64,000 nucleotides of DNA from an uncultured delta proteobacterium (GTDB taxonomy: Bacteria > Myxococcota_A > Polyangia > Fen-1088). The stretch is from positions 117,935-181,934 of the forward strand of contig CAVTRY010000015.1 of assembly GCA_963737265.1 (NCBI GenBank), in the 5' to 3' direction. The notes beneath the pieces were generated by a model. The model saw only the letters and a program-made list of their open reading frames with translations. It was not told where the DNA came from and did not search any database. Every line of letters begins with the position of its first letter. Positions within the stretch are counted from its first letter, which is position 1. The position numbers and the translations under genes were made by a program. Of the stretch, positions 21,675-31,832 are shown piece after piece.

Positions 21675-22361
21675 ATGAAGAAGATCGCATTCGCGTCGTG
21701 TTTCATCCCCCTGCTCGCCAGCGGAGCCTCCGCTATCGCCGCTGAAGTCGGCATCTGCAACATTCAAGTCAGCGGTGACGCCACCATGAGCACGGAGATG
21801 TCCCAGACCGACCGTTCGATGAACGAGGATCCAAGTCGAAGGGTCATAGCGATGGCGGCGACAGACTACTGGCGCAGCGATGCCCTTATCCGCAACATTC
21901 TGAAGACATTGGCCGAGGTCACTTCATCGTTCGGCAACAAGGACAAGGCAACCAAGGCGGCGGAGGTCGAACGCACGGTAAATGAGAAGATGAAGAAAGA
22001 CCCCCGCGTGCACATCCTGACGATCAACTGCATGAACTCCGCAGTCAATCTCAACCTGGAGCCGCGGGATGGCTCCAAATACGCGAATGTGCCCTTCAAA
22101 GCCAATCGCTACGCTATCGCACCGATGGCTTCGGCGAAGCCCGGTGACTTCAGTGCTGGTGTCTATCTGAAGGAGGGAGGACACTCGTCACTCTTCGCCG
22201 TGTCGGGCGCTGGTCAGATCGACATCACAAAATTCGATGCCCAAGGTGTGCAAGGGAAGTTTTCTTTTCCTGCGCGCCAGAGTATTGGCGGAAGCCGGAA
22301 GATTACCGTTAACGGGACGTTTTCCTTCAAATGCACGGGCGCTGACCGATGCAAGCCGTAG
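21675..22361 (+). CDS. Hypothetical secreted protein
   Basis: GGAGG RBS, Sec-type signal peptide MKKIAF...AIA, beta-rich C-terminus, lower GC than core genes. Confidence 0.8.
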   Translation: MKKIAFASCFIPLLASGASAIAAEVGICNIQVSGDATMSTEMSQTDRSMNEDPSRRVIAMAATDYWRSDALIRNILKTLAEVTSSFGNKDKATKAAEVERTVNEKMKKDPRVHILTINCMNSAVNLNLEPRDGSKYANVPFKANRYAIAPMASAKPGDFSAGVYLKEGGHSSLFAVSGAGQIDITKFDAQGVQGKFSFPARQSIGGSRKITVNGTFSFKCTGADRCKP

Positions 22362-22364
22362 TGG

Positions 22365-22610
22365 GCGCGACCCGAGGGCCAAGCCTGCGATACATGCAAC
22401 TCGGCTTCGCTCATTGTTCTCTTGAGGCCGAGCAACAGCCGGTCGTTGAAGTGCGCGGGGTCGTAGATTCCATCCTCGTCGAGAATCAAGGTGTCGGTCA
22501 GTGCGCAGATCTTCGAGCAATCGGTGCCAGTCAGTGGAGTTGCGTGCGAGGCGAGATACCTCCAAACTAAGCACGATACCGGCGCGGCCCATCCCGACCT
22601 CGGCCACGGG
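22365..22610 (-). pseudogene. Fragment of a large serine recombinase (paralogue of the 48062 gene)
   Basis: VAEVGMGRAGIVLSLEVSRLARNSTDWHRLLE / ICALTDTLILDEDGIYDPAHFNDRLLLGLK, frameshifted; near-identical to the 48062 protein. Confidence 0.85.
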
Positions 22611-22719
22611 ACCATCCACGTCGGGCGTACCGCTCCGCACGCAACTTATTCCGCAACCTGACCGACACGATCAACGGTGCATTCCTCAGCGCCGTTGCCC
22701 ACGTCTGCCCTGGGCGCAC

Positions 22720-24433
22720 AGGTGGCAAAGCCCTGGCGTCGAGGGCCTCGTCTATTCGCGCAGGCAACCCGAGCTGGGCACTCTCCATCGGGTGGTGCGT
22801 GAAAACATTCGGACGCTCTACGCCGCCGCCGAGGACGGCTTCGCCGGGGCCAGGCTGCCCGAGTTCGTGCGCCAGGAGTTTGCAGGGTACTTGGATTGCG
22901 GCCTGCTATGCCGAGGCTTTGCAGCGCTCCGATGCGAGGACTGCGGCGAGCACATGGTCGTGGCGTGGAGCTGCAAGTCGCGCGGATTTTGCCCCTCGTG
23001 TACGGGTAGAAGAATGGCACAGACCGCGACGAATTGGCTCGAACACGTGCTGCCAGCAACTCCCCTGCGACAGTTCGTGGTGACATTTCCCTCGAGCTTC
23101 GCCAGCGTCTGGCCTACGATGGCAAGACCCTCCGCGCGGTCGGCAGGATCTTCATGGACTCGGTTCTTGGATGGTATCGACGCCGAATGCGCGACGAAGG
23201 CATTCGCGACGGCCGCAGCGGTGCGGTCATGGTCGCGCAGCGGAACAACGCCGACGTGAAGCTTAACCCGCACCTGCACGCCATTTTCGTCGATGGTGTC
23301 TTTGCGACCGTGCCCGACGGCAAGCCGGTCTTCCACGCCCTGCCACGCCTCTCGACCGAGGAGGTCGGCGATCTCTTGCAGGTGGTGCGTGCCCGCGTCC
23401 TCGCACACCTCGTCCGCCGTGGCATCATCGAGCCTGGCTCCGACCTGACCGTGCTCGACGACGGCTTCGCCGAGCGCGAGCCGGCCCTGGCCCAGTTGGC
23501 CGCTGCCGCCGTGTCTGGCCTGCCGCCTGCTGGCCCCGAGTTGCGCCGCCGCCCCGAACCCGTGATGCTGCGCGGCCACCCCGGCGTCGAAGTGACAGCG
23601 CCCCTTTCCGTCACCGAGTTCGGGTTCTCCCTGCATGCTGCCACCCGCGCTGGCGCCGAAGACGCTCGTGGCCGCGAAGCCCTGTGCAAGTACGTGCTTC
23701 GCCCGCCCCTGGCCCAAGAGCGCCTGAGCCTCCTGCCAGACGGTCTGGTCCGCATCACGCTCCGCAAGCCTTTCCGAGACGGCACCTACGCCGTCGACAT
23801 GGATCCGCTCTCGTTGCTTTGCCGTCTTGCCACCACGATTCCTCCGCCAAGGTTGCATGGGGTGCGCTACTCCGGTGTTCTCGCCCCCGCCGCTAAGCTC
23901 CGCCCTCTGATCGTGCCGCTACCCCCGCCTCCGCCCCAGGGCGATGCCGCCAAACCCGCAAGCAAACCCCCTACCCATCGCTGCGCCTACATCCCGTGGG
24001 CCATCCTCGCCAAGAAAACCTTCAAGGAAGACATCGACCGTTGCCCGAAGTGCGGGGGCAAGATGAAGCTCAAATCGCTGGTGCAGGAGCCCGAGAACAT
24101 CGCCAGGTTCCTGCGCCACCTGGGAGAGCCGACCGAGCCACCACCCCTGGCCCCGGCGAGGGCGCCGCCCTACTGGAAGGTTCGCGAGCTGCGCCGCAAG
24201 CCCCATGCTCAGACCGATATGTTCCACGCCTAGCCCAAGCAGCCCGTAGACCGCGCCGCCCGGGCCGCCGTCTGCCCGAAGACGCCATTGCCGCTTTATG
24301 CTGCCGCCCAAGGTGACCAAAACCCTGTCCTCGTCCCCTCCTTCTTGAGCTCCCACCCCGGGCTGGCAACCCCGTCCAGGCCCTTCTCACCCGGTTTTCG
24401 AACCCTGGCCCCCGCTTGTTTCCCTTACGCGTC
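22720..24433 (+). mobile_element. IS91/ISCR-like rolling-circle element; transposase about 22740-24233 with a frameshift near 23090
   Basis: Zn-binding C..C and SCKSRGFCPSC, HUH motif NPHLHAI, GFSLHA, LCKYVLRPP, RYSGVLAP; putative oriIS at 24411-24433. Left end not defined. Confidence 0.85.
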
Positions 24434-24444
24434 GGAGAGAGTAA

Positions 24445-25734
24445 GGTGCCGTCAAGAAATAAACTTTACATGAGCGTCTGCCGCAGTACCATTTGAGCCG
24501 ATTGGACCCGACACAAAGTCTCAAAGGGAAGTTCCGTCTGGTGTGGCCACACTTGAGTGAGCGTGCTCGGCGTATGCTTGCGGCGGCGGAGGCCACCAAT
24601 ATTGGCTATGGCGGCGTGAGTCTCGTGAGTCGCGCATGCGGCCTGTCACGGGTGACCATTACGAAGGGCGTGAAGGAACTGCGACAGAAACCTCTGCATG
24701 GAGAGCGAGTTCGACGGAAGGGAGCCGGACGCCCGAAACTGGTGACATACGATCCCGAGCTGCCGCGGCTGCTTGAGTCGCTGGTGGAGCCGCTTACCCT
24801 CGGCGATCCGGAATCGCCGCTTCGGTGGACATGCAAGAGCACTCGGGCCCTCGCTCTGGAGTTGACTGCGCGCCGCCACCCAATAAGCCACGAGAAGGTT
24901 GCCCAACTTCTACGAGACATGGACTATAGCTTGCAGGGGAACAGGAAGACCGAAGAGGGGGAGGATCATCCGGATCGCGATGCCCAGTTTCGGCACATCA
25001 ATCGAGAGGTGCGACGTACGATGGCGGAGATGTGCCCTGTGATTTCGGTGGACACCAAGAAGAAAGAACTCGTCGGAAACTATCGAAACGCCGGACAGCA
25101 GTGGCGACTCAACGGGACTGCCGACGTGGTGAACGGCCACGACTTCCCGGATCCGTCAGTGCCCCGCGCGTACCCATATGGCATCTACGACATGGCACGC
25201 AACACGGGATTCGTGAATGTCGGAACCGACCACGACACGGCGGCGTTCGCGGTAGCGTCGATACGCGGATGGTGGCAGCACGAAGGAAGGCACTTGTATC
25301 CTCAGTCCACCCAGCTGCTGGTCACGGCTGACTCTGGCGGCAGCAACGGCTACAGGCTGCGCTTGTGGAAGGTCGAACTGCAGCGACTTTCCGATCAGAC
25401 CGGTCTATCGATCAAGGTGTGCCACTTTCCGCCAGGAACGAGCAAATGGAACAAGGTCGAGCACCGGCTCTTTTCATTCATCTCGTCGAACTGGCGGGGT
25501 GAGCCGTTACGTGACTACGAGACAATCGTGGGCCTGATTGCAGGAACGACCACAGCAAAGGGACTCGCAGTCCAGTGTCGTCTCGATCGGCGCAAGTACC
25601 CAGTCGGCCGACGGATCACTGACGAGGAATTGGCGGAACTCAGTATCACCCGGTTGCCGTTCCACGGTGAATGGAACTACACAATCCATCCCAGGCGAGC
25701 ACGTAAGCTGTAAATGTTAATTCTTGACGGCGCC
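24445..25734 (+). mobile_element. ISAzo13-family insertion sequence
   Basis: IRs GGTGCCGTCAAGAA / TTCTTGACGGCGCC and TAA target duplication. Confidence 0.92.
24493..25713 (+). CDS. ISAzo13-family transposase
   Basis: GDPESPLRWTCKS, ISVDTKKKE, TADSGGSN, PPGTSKWNKVEHRLFS, HGEWNY. Confidence 0.95.
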   Translation: MSRLDPTQSLKGKFRLVWPHLSERARRMLAAAEATNIGYGGVSLVSRACGLSRVTITKGVKELRQKPLHGERVRRKGAGRPKLVTYDPELPRLLESLVEPLTLGDPESPLRWTCKSTRALALELTARRHPISHEKVAQLLRDMDYSLQGNRKTEEGEDHPDRDAQFRHINREVRRTMAEMCPVISVDTKKKELVGNYRNAGQQWRLNGTADVVNGHDFPDPSVPRAYPYGIYDMARNTGFVNVGTDHDTAAFAVASIRGWWQHEGRHLYPQSTQLLVTADSGGSNGYRLRLWKVELQRLSDQTGLSIKVCHFPPGTSKWNKVEHRLFSFISSNWRGEPLRDYETIVGLIAGTTTAKGLAVQCRLDRRKYPVGRRITDEELAELSITRLPFHGEWNYTIHPRRARKL

Positions 25735-25899
25735 TAAGGGCCACTGCGAGGAGCTTCAAGGCCGACGAACGAAGAAGAGTGATTTTCACGCTGTACCTCC
25801 GAGTTCCTCCTTAGCAACTGCCACGACATCTGGTGTGACCGTCGCGTGACAATTGGATTGGCTTCGACATTTTCTGAATCCTTTCGGCTCGGCCGAAAT

Positions 25900-26048
25900 C
25901 ACAAGCACACAAGCACACAAGCACACAAGCACACAAGCACACAAGCACACAAGCACACAGGCACACAGGCACACAGGCACACAGGCACACAGGCACACAG
26001 GCACACAGGCACACAGGCACACAGGCACACAGGCACACAGGCACACAG
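25900..26048 (+). repeat. 8-bp tandem repeat: (GCACACAA)x6 then (GCACACAG)x12
   Basis: Counted directly from 25905 to 26048, plus a partial unit upstream. Confidence 0.98.
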
Positions 26049-26526
26049 CGCCAAAGTCTGAGCGTGAATTGACACAAGGTTCATGGATTAACATGGTTGG
26101 ATTCCGCAGTGTGGGCTTGCCTGCGAGGCGGTTTGTTGTTGCTCTGTCTCCGTCGTCAGGCACTCGCAGGCGGGCCGGTTTGCAAGGTAGTGCGTCCAGC
26201 ACATCGCTCGATCACCGTGCGGGACCTCCGCGTTTGTGGACCAGCGACGCCTCGCCGCCCCGCTGGTCAGACGTGTTCGAAGTCATGGCAAGGAAGCAAG
26301 GAGACATTGATGCATAGCCTCGCGCTCGCCGGGTACAGGGACAATTTGGGCAAGATCGACGTGTAGGCCGATGTAGTTGACGTTTCTTATCGGAGATTCC
26401 TAACAGATACGATTCGGTGAAAAGAAAATGGGGCTTGTGCCGACTATCCACACATTCTGGGTATCCACCGGCATCGTATGCAAGATTATTGCAACATCCG
26501 AGGAACGACCAAGAGGGCTTCGAACC

Positions 26527-28308
26527 ATGAATCACTTACCATTTGCTATTGCATACATCGCGGTCTTTTTGAGTGCCGAGGCTTGTTCGTCGAGTTCGAG
26601 CAACCCCAATGCTCTTGAAGGCGGTAGTGGTGGCGCCCCCACCGGTGGCTTCCGGGACGCGGGTGCTGACGTTGCCGCCGCGACCTCGCAGCCATGCGGC
26701 TCGTTTGAGCTCTCCTCTGGGGGCTACTTCAAGAGTGGGAGCTGGCACGGCCAAGCGTGGACGAATGTCAGCTCGGGGACTACTATTTCCCCTTCAAATT
26801 TCAGCGATCTTACTCCGGGCGCTCCGCTGTGTGTTCAGGGCACGGTCAACGCGCGAACCCAGGGTGGCGCGTGGGCAATTCTCGGCATTGGTGTTGACGG
26901 AGTTGCTCGACAAAATGCGGTGGCGGACGCGGGGCTTGATGCATCCACAGGCGCTGCCATCGAAGAATTCAACTCCTTGGTTCCGGTGAGCGACGGCTTG
27001 ATCGTGAATATAAACAACAGGGCCGACTCACCGCTCAGGCTATGCGTGCAAGCCGCCGACGGCGACCAATGGTGCGCGCCGCTCGGCCAGTCCAATTTCT
27101 TCCCCTGGAATAGCTTTCAAGACATAACAGGCTCCGGCGTGGCCTATGCAAACGAACCGCTGATCAGCATTCAAGTCACCGCTACCGATTCAGACTCCTC
27201 AGGTTCGACGCCATTCGACTTCTGCCTCAATAGTATGGTGGAGGTGGCGAGTTGGTGCGGATGCAACGGCGGTGCATGCTCATGCCCTGCCGGAATGACC
27301 TCTTGCGACGGCGTCTGCGTCACGGACACTTCCCTCAACCCCAACAACTGCGGAACGTGTGGCATTGTTTGCCAAGCTACGTCCGCCTGCAGCGCCGGGC
27401 AATGCAGTGACTCGAGCTTCGTCGGTTTGAATAACCCGTTCGCGCTCGTGACCGACGGAGCCTACCTATATATGACGGATTCGATTGCCGGTTCGGTGCT
27501 CAAGGCGTCGTTGAATGGCGGCGTCCCCGTTGCGCTCGCGTCAGGGCAAGTTAATCCGCAACTCCTTGCCCTCGACAGCGGCCACGTCTATTGGGTCAAT
27601 GCGGGCACCTCGGTCAATGATTACGCGGACGGGTCGATCATGAAGACTGGCATTGACGGCTCTGCGTTGACCACGCTAGCGTCGAATCAGAATACTCCTT
27701 CGGCAATTGCCGTCGATGCCACGAGCGTGTACTGGGTCAACGCAGGGACCTCCGCCAGGCAGTACGCCGACGGCACGGTCATGAGTATCGCCGTTGACGG
27801 GGGGACACCGACCCTACTTGCCTCGGGTCAAATCAGCCCTTCGGCAATTGCCGTCGATGGCACGAATGTATATTGGACCAACCTTGGAACCTCGCACTAT
27901 GGTTTTCTCGTCGACGACGGCTCGGTAATGAAGATGGCCCTGATTGGCGGCATGGTGACGACCTTGGCCAGCGGACAGTCTGCTCCTGGGACGGTCACGG
28001 TTGATGCAGACTTCGTCTACTGGGCTAACTCTGGATCGGTGTCGAAAGTGCCGATTGCCGGTGGAACCGCGACCGTTTTGGCCACGGCACAAAGTCAGCC
28101 ATTTCAAATCGTCGTATCCGGCGAAGACCTCTATTGGACCAACCTCTACGCCGGGTCGGTGCTCACTGTGGCAGTCAACGGCGGCGCCGTAACAACACTT
28201 GCAACGGGGCAGAACTACGCCCTTGGCATCGCTATTGTCGCCAATGACGTGTATTGGGTAACCTACGACGGGATCGTCGCCGGTAGCATACTTCGGCACG
28301 CAAAGTAG
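26527..28308 (+). CDS. Secreted protein or lipoprotein with a Cys-rich (Stig1-like) module and beta-propeller (DUF5050-like) repeats
   Basis: Hydrophobic leader ending AEAC-SSSS; CPAG..CDGVC...NPNNCGTCG..C; repeated LASGQ..P..IAVD...VYW.N. Confidence 0.8.
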   Translation: MNHLPFAIAYIAVFLSAEACSSSSSNPNALEGGSGGAPTGGFRDAGADVAAATSQPCGSFELSSGGYFKSGSWHGQAWTNVSSGTTISPSNFSDLTPGAPLCVQGTVNARTQGGAWAILGIGVDGVARQNAVADAGLDASTGAAIEEFNSLVPVSDGLIVNINNRADSPLRLCVQAADGDQWCAPLGQSNFFPWNSFQDITGSGVAYANEPLISIQVTATDSDSSGSTPFDFCLNSMVEVASWCGCNGGACSCPAGMTSCDGVCVTDTSLNPNNCGTCGIVCQATSACSAGQCSDSSFVGLNNPFALVTDGAYLYMTDSIAGSVLKASLNGGVPVALASGQVNPQLLALDSGHVYWVNAGTSVNDYADGSIMKTGIDGSALTTLASNQNTPSAIAVDATSVYWVNAGTSARQYADGTVMSIAVDGGTPTLLASGQISPSAIAVDGTNVYWTNLGTSHYGFLVDDGSVMKMALIGGMVTTLASGQSAPGTVTVDADFVYWANSGSVSKVPIAGGTATVLATAQSQPFQIVVSGEDLYWTNLYAGSVLTVAVNGGAVTTLATGQNYALGIAIVANDVYWVTYDGIVAGSILRHAK

Positions 28309-28329
28309 CCCCACGCCCGGAGCTGTGGC

Positions 28330-29297
28330 TCGCCAAAACTCCATCGCGATCACCATGCGCACCGTCGGTGGCAGAGCGGGCCCGATGCTCCTTCCCCGTC
28401 CTGTGCAGACTGGATGAAGTGGCTGGCTCGATTCGCGTAGGGCTGACGAGGTACCGTTGGCCAATCCAAACGCGGGAACCCCGTGTGAAGGAGGTCAGCC
28501 ATGGACCACGTTGCAATCGATCTTGGGAGCAGAAAATCGCAAGTATGCGTGCGCAGCAGCGACGGAAGGATTGTCGAGGAGAAGCGCCTGAATACCGCGA
28601 AGCTCAAGGCGTTTCTCGAGAAGAAGGAAAAGAGTCGGGTAATACTCGAGACATGTGCCGAGGCGTTTGGGGTGGCGGACGTTGCACTGAAATTGGGGCA
28701 CGAAGCGCGCGTTGTCCCCGCAACTTTGGTTCGGACACTCGGGGTTGGGGCCAGACGGACCAAGACAGCCCAAAGGGGTGCGCAGGTGCTGAGCGAGGTG
28801 TCGTGTCGGATCGATCTGCCATCGGTGCATATTCCGAGCGAGGTCTCCCGGCGTCGGAAGACTCTGTGCGGGATGCGGGAAGCGCTGGTGGGGACTCGAA
28901 CGATGCTGATGGTTAGAGGGTGGCTCAGAGGTCAGGGTGTACACCTGAGGACCGGCAGGGCATCGACCTTCGGCGACCGCGTGCGGGCGATGAGGGGCAA
29001 TGGGTTGCCCGCCCACGTAGTGCGGCAGCTGACCGCAATCGACGCGATCACCGTGGAGATAGCGGAGGCCGACAGAGACATCGCGCAGGAAGCAGAGCAG
29101 GACGAGGTATGCCGGAGGCTGATGACCGTGCCGGGAATCGGTGCCGTAACCGCAATTCGCTTTGCTGCGGCTTTGGACGGCGTGGACCGATTTGCCGATG
29201 CCCACAAGGTGGAGCCCTACCTTGGATTGGTGCCCGGCGAGAACTCGAGTTCGGAGCACCAGTACAGGCTATCGATAACCAAGGCGGGGCCTGCGGG
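28330..29297 (+). pseudogene. Truncated IS110-family element (non-coding leader plus transposase 28501-29297)
   Basis: MDHVAIDLG, ILET, VPGIG, YLGLVP..SS, SITKAG. The usual KTDxxDA reads KTAQRGA; broken at the rodA repeat. Confidence 0.88.
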
Positions 29298-29967
29298 GCG
29301 TGCTGGCCTTCATCAATCCCGCCCTCGATCCCGCCACCGCCTGGCAACCGCGCCAGGCCATGAACGCCGTCGGCTCGGGTCGCTTCATCGGCAAGGGCTT
29401 CTTGCAAGGCACCCAGATCCGTCTGCGTTCATTGCCTGCCTTGTGGACCGATTTCCCCTTTGCCGTGTGGGCCGAGGAATGGGGCGTCATCGGCTGCGCC
29501 GCCGTTCTGATTGCCTACGCGCTCCTTGCACTTTGCGTATTGAAGATCGGCCGCGAGGCGCGCGACCGCTTCGGCATCACCGTGTGCGTGGGTGTGGCTT
29601 CCATGCTGTTCTGGCAGGTGGCCGTCAACATCGGCATGGTGACTGGCCTTTTGCCCGTGGTCGGCGTGACCCTGCCGCTGTTTAGCTATGGCGGTTCGAG
29701 CGCGCTAACGGTCATGCTGGCGCTTGGCCTCGTGATGAACGTCTCGGCACGGCGATTCGCGTATTGATCGGCGATCGGCCGTCTACCTCCGAGATTCTTC
29801 GCGTGGCGCCTTCCCTAAACCCAGCGCTTCGCCAGCCTTGATGCGCCCAGGCTCGTTGCGCTAGAGCCTCTCCGAATATCGCAAGATCCCGCTTGTTTCG
29901 CCTATGCGTCGCAGGAGGCACCCGGTCCACCAGCTAGCTAGGGCACATGACCTTGCGCATCCTGTGC
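29298..29967 (+). pseudogene. rodA: Copy 2 of the 670-bp repeat: 5'-truncated rodA (to 29767) plus downstream spacer
   Basis: Encodes only the last about 155 aa; differs from copy 1 by F>V, W>C, V>A and four synonymous changes. Confidence 0.93.
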
Positions 29968-29981
29968 ACGATTCGTATAAT
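29953..29981 (+). promoter_or_regulatory. Putative sigma70 promoter giving a leaderless or near-leaderless transcript
   Basis: TTGCGC-N17-TATAAT; ATG at 29989 lies 7 bp past the -10 with no Shine-Dalgarno sequence. Confidence 0.5.
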
Positions 29982-29988
29982 CACGCAA

Positions 29989-30723
29989 ATGGCGGAAGCA
30001 ACCACGGGGGGAAGCAACTCCAACATCGAAGAGGTGCACTTCTACCCGGGCGGCAAGGTGCTCGTCTTTTTCGTGGATGGGAAGATCAAGCTCATGGCGG
30101 ATGCCTGGGGAGGCCCTCCCCAAAAGCTGAGCCGCGAGGCAGGCGGCGGTATGGCGCAGGAGCCTACTCATCCCGGCGCGTTCGTCATCGATCGCATCGA
30201 GGCATACCATACCGAGACCTGGTTCTGGTCCAAGATACCGTGGGGCACGCCAATCCGTCCGAGCAGAATCACTGCGGGGAAGGTCGAGTACTTGGCATCA
30301 CCCGGCAAATGGCGTCCCCTGCAAATTCGGGGACGGTGGGTGGATGCCAAAATGATCAAAGACAGGTACGGGTACCTTTACCACACCACCGCCAACCACT
30401 TTCCGGACACCTGGATCTTCAACGATTTTGGTCCGAGCGCCGTCCGCTACTACGAAGACCGGAACAGGAATAGCCGGCGCGACGCCAACGAGCCGCTCAA
30501 AGGCGAGATGATTCATACGACCCCTGAAAACGAAGCGGAGACGCGGATGTGGAACGAGGATCGCAACAAGGTTCGCTTGTTCATTTCTCACGGCTGCATC
30601 CACATCCGTCCTGCCGCCCTCAGGGTCTTCCGTGAGGCGGGTGCTTTTCAACAGGGCATGAGCCTCATCATCCACCGCTATGATGAGGTCTTCGACGAAA
30701 CCAAATACAAGAGAATCCGATGA
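29989..30723 (+). CDS. L,D-transpeptidase (YkuD)-like protein without signal peptide
   Basis: PTHPGAFVI and MIHTT...ISHGCIHI match the H-x(n)-SHGC catalytic motif. Confidence 0.75.
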   Translation: MAEATTGGSNSNIEEVHFYPGGKVLVFFVDGKIKLMADAWGGPPQKLSREAGGGMAQEPTHPGAFVIDRIEAYHTETWFWSKIPWGTPIRPSRITAGKVEYLASPGKWRPLQIRGRWVDAKMIKDRYGYLYHTTANHFPDTWIFNDFGPSAVRYYEDRNRNSRRDANEPLKGEMIHTTPENEAETRMWNEDRNKVRLFISHGCIHIRPAALRVFREAGAFQQGMSLIIHRYDEVFDETKYKRIR

Positions 30724-31832
30724 GCTGGCTGAAGCTGTTCTTGATTGTTGCCACTGAGCTTTCACCCATTCATGGCGCACGCGCGCTTGAGGGCCCAACA
30801 CTTTCATGGCGGATTGATGGTGAATACCTCGACCCGACGTCGAAGCTCGTGCAGATGGCGGACGGATGGTTGGCTTTGATCGCCGTGAACAGCAAGGTGC
30901 AGTTTCGTTCGCCCACGGGGAAATGGTCCAGGGTCATCGACTTTCCTATCCAGGAGGTCGAGGCAAGTGCCGCGGCTGGCGCCGCTGTTCTGGTGGCTGG
31001 CGAAGGGCCCGGCCCCCACCGGCTTTGGCAGAGGGTGGTTCTACTGATTGGAATCGATGGGTCAGTGAACGGGCAATGGGAAATACCGGACCTCAGAGTG
31101 CAGTCGCTCGCAGCCTGGCAGAATAGTCGCTGGGCCACGGGGTACGCAGGGTTTATGGGACACCATGGACCCAAGGTGCTGTGGGCGCTACTGCCGGGTG
31201 GCAAGGTCGAGACTCGCGACGAGATCCCAACCATCGTCGAAGACGGGGAGGCAGTCGTGCCTTGGAGGGTGTTCCTCTACCTGGGCCCGTCCGGAGAGAA
31301 GGTCTTCTGCGTTCCGGAAACGTGTGAGCACGATCTGCCTTGCCACTATGCCCTTTGCTACCGACGCGACAAGGTCGTGTGGGAGGCGTACGGCAAATGG
31401 CTCGGCCGCCCCGTCTTGTGCAGTGATTACTTGCTCGAACAGGAAGTCCCCGTGCCCTGGGACCCTCATCTGCACCACGTCCATAGTCGGACCGTGGTTC
31501 GTCGGATCTCGGACGGGGTGAAGGTCGCCTCGGTCGGGACTGGACCGAACGCGGTCATTGCATGTGCCACTCCGGACACCTTCGTAGCAGCCGACACTTC
31601 GGTCGTGGCCATGTCGCTTGCGACCGGGCGTCGGCGGTGGTCGGTGCCGGTTCGTGCCGGGCGTGCCGTCGCAGTTGCGCAGGCCGGTGAATGCACGATC
31701 GCCCTGACCAACCGTGACGAGATGATGAGCATTTGTCCCGGCAACGGCAACCCAGTCGTCACAACTACGGGGACGAAGCTTAGCGGCAAGGCTTCCACGG
31801 CGAATCGGCGACCCGGCGTCGTCAAGCCGTGA
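30720..31832 (+). CDS. Hypothetical exported Cys-rich protein with PQQ-like beta-propeller features
   Basis: N-terminal signal-like sequence ending ARA, AMSLATGRRRWSV motif; ATGA overlap with the upstream gene. Confidence 0.65.
   Translation: MSWLKLFLIVATELSPIHGARALEGPTLSWRIDGEYLDPTSKLVQMADGWLALIAVNSKVQFRSPTGKWSRVIDFPIQEVEASAAAGAAVLVAGEGPGPHRLWQRVVLLIGIDGSVNGQWEIPDLRVQSLAAWQNSRWATGYAGFMGHHGPKVLWALLPGGKVETRDEIPTIVEDGEAVVPWRVFLYLGPSGEKVFCVPETCEHDLPCHYALCYRRDKVVWEAYGKWLGRPVLCSDYLLEQEVPVPWDPHLHHVHSRTVVRRISDGVKVASVGTGPNAVIACATPDTFVAADTSVVAMSLATGRRRWSVPVRAGRAVAVAQAGECTIALTNRDEMMSICPGNGNPVVTTTGTKLSGKASTANRRPGVVKP

Noticed and set aside
25786-26317. ORFs with (CACVPVCL)n or (HTGTQAHR)n repeats; possible CRISPR or metal-binding peptide
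   Set aside because: They are translations of the 8-bp tandem repeat, which has no stop in any frame; there are no spacers, cas genes or convincing RBS.
28501-29685. 394-aa IS110 ORF with a novel C-terminal domain
   Set aside because: The tail is out-of-frame read-through into the duplicated rodA fragment.
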